Assembly (NCBI GenBank): GCA_964408275.1
Contig: CAYOYX010000006.1
Span: forward strand, 7,307-71,306
Reading direction: 5' to 3'
DNA length: 64,000 nucleotides
Source of the DNA: an uncultured Terracidiphilus sp.
GTDB taxonomy: Bacteria > Acidobacteriota > Terriglobia > Terriglobales > Acidobacteriaceae
The position numbers and the translations under genes were made by a program. Positions 63,022 to 64,000 of the stretch are shown here, piece after piece (position 1 is the first letter of the stretch; each line of letters starts with the position of its first letter). Below the pieces are notes generated by a model that worked only from the letters and a program-made list of their open reading frames with translations, did no database searches and was not told the DNA's origin.

Positions 63022-63080
63022 CTTCGTCTCCAAATTTAACCCATAGCAGTATTAGGTCAACGCTTCATTATGTGAATCAA

Positions 63081-64000
63081 TCACTGCGTATACCCGTGCG
63101 CCCGGAACCACTCAATCGCAGCCTTCATTGCGGGATTGACGGGCAGGATGCGGAAGCCTAGCTCCTGCTGGGCGCGGGCGCTCGATGCGTACATCTTTTT
63201 GCGGCCCATGCGCACCTCTTCCAGCGTGGCGCGCGGCTCACGATTGCGGATGCGGCCGGTGATCCACTCTTCAAAGAATGCGTACGTCGCGGCGACGGCG
63301 AAGGGAATCTTGACCGTCGGCGAAGGAAGGCCAGTCAGCGCCGACATCTTGTCGAGAATCTGCTTGAGGGTGAGGTTTTCGCCGCCGAGAATGTAGCGTC
63401 TTCCTGGCTGGCCTTTGCTGAGCGCAGTCGCGTGTGCGCGGGCAACCTCGGCAACGTCTACGAGGTTGAGGCCGGTGTCCATGTAGGCGGGAAATTTGCC
63501 GTTGAGGAAGTCAAGGAAGATGCGGCCCGTCGGCGTGGGCTTCGCGTCGTTCGGGCCGATCGGGCTGGTGGGATTGAGAATGATGACGCTCTGACCGCCT
63601 TGCGCGGCCTTGATGGCTTCCTGCTCGGCGAGGAACTTGGAACGCTTGTAGTGGCCGACCATATCCGCGAGAGTCACAGGCGTCTCTTCGTTGACTACCG
63701 TGCCGTCGCGGAAGAAGTGCATGGTGGCGACGCTCGACGTATAGACGAAGCGCTTGACGCCAGCCTCGCGCGCCATGCGCAGCAACTCGCGCGTCCCGTC
63801 CACATTGGCGCGATACATCGCCTGCGGATCGGGAATCCAGAGACGGTAATCCGCCGCGACGTGGACGACGGCATCGCAGCCAGCAAGCGCGGGCTTGAGC
63901 GATTCGGGATCGGACAAGTCGCCGACGTGCGTCTCTCCGGCAATGCCTTCGAGGTTCGAGAGATTGCTCGTCTTGCGAACGAGCAGGCGCAGTTTGGCGC
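63081..64000 (-). CDS. hpnA: hopanoid-associated NAD-dependent sugar epimerase/reductase (HpnA-like), N-terminus beyond window end
   Basis: Extended SDR: GDLSDPESL..GCDAVVHVAA, YKRSK catalytic motif. The reading frame stays open to position 64000. Confidence 0.8.
   Translation of the reverse strand, partial: AKLRLLVRKTSNLSNLEGIAGETHVGDLSDPESLKPALAGCDAVVHVAADYRLWIPDPQAMYRANVDGTRELLRMAREAGVKRFVYTSSVATMHFFRDGTVVNEETPVTLADMVGHYKRSKFLAEQEAIKAAQGGQSVIILNPTSPIGPNDAKPTPTGRIFLDFLNGKFPAYMDTGLNLVDVAEVARAHATALSKGQPGRRYILGGENLTLKQILDKMSALTGLPSPTVKIPFAVAATYAFFEEWITGRIRNREPRATLEEVRMGRKKMYASSARAQQELGFRILPVNPAMKAAIEWFRAHGYTQ

Noticed and set aside
63695-63943. 82-aa minus-strand ORF near the window end
   Set aside because: It is an alternative frame inside the HpnA-like gene, whose extended-SDR motifs define the correct frame.

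Overview
All calls come from reading the ORF track and sequence by eye, using motif memory only. No searches were run. This is a high-GC, densely coding bacterial chromosomal segment with about 65 protein genes on both strands. I found no rRNA, tRNA or CRISPR. Gene content (hopanoid genes, a Wzi-like barrel, many MFS/ECF genes) and two intergenic repeat families suggest an Acidobacteriota (Terriglobia-like) genome; that is inference.

Layout:
- 0-34 kb: mostly housekeeping. It holds scpA, trpS, alr, an ABC-F ATPase, the tesA/ybbA/ybbP trio, truB, folE with two PTPS paralogs, rimO, a vapBC pair, yacG, pgpA and mtnA.
- 34.4-45.8 kb: a pectin/hexuronate island. It holds MFS transporters and a six-gene plus-strand operon (uxaC, exuT-like, LarA-like, uxaE, kdgK, SDR mannonate reductase-like). 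A GH28 polygalacturonase follows, sitting behind an ECF sigma/anti-sigma pair.
- 47.5-64 kb: a split hopanoid (hpn) supercluster. It holds a GT2, hpnJ, a pair of half-size EamA proteins, and a minus-strand operon hpnA-orf-hpnG-adh-adh-hpnC-hpnD-orf-hpnE. queF and an adaptor-TPR-TolC trio interrupt it.

Most interesting observations:
1. Two tightly coupled Zn-dependent alcohol dehydrogenases sit between hpnG and hpnC. They are candidates for the unassigned ribosylhopane-to-bacteriohopanetetrol reduction.
2. A LarA (nickel-pincer) superfamily protein keeps LarA-like catalytic motif spacing. It lies inside a hexuronate operon that has no uxuA or kdgA in the window.
3. A structured REP-like repeat family has a stem that changes sequence between copies while the TTCA loop is kept. 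One copy is translated in frame inside a long acidic N-terminal extension of ScpA.
4. A second repeat family combines CTGA(C/G)AA heptamers with a C-rich tract.

Nothing here looks like a classical defence island or mobile element.
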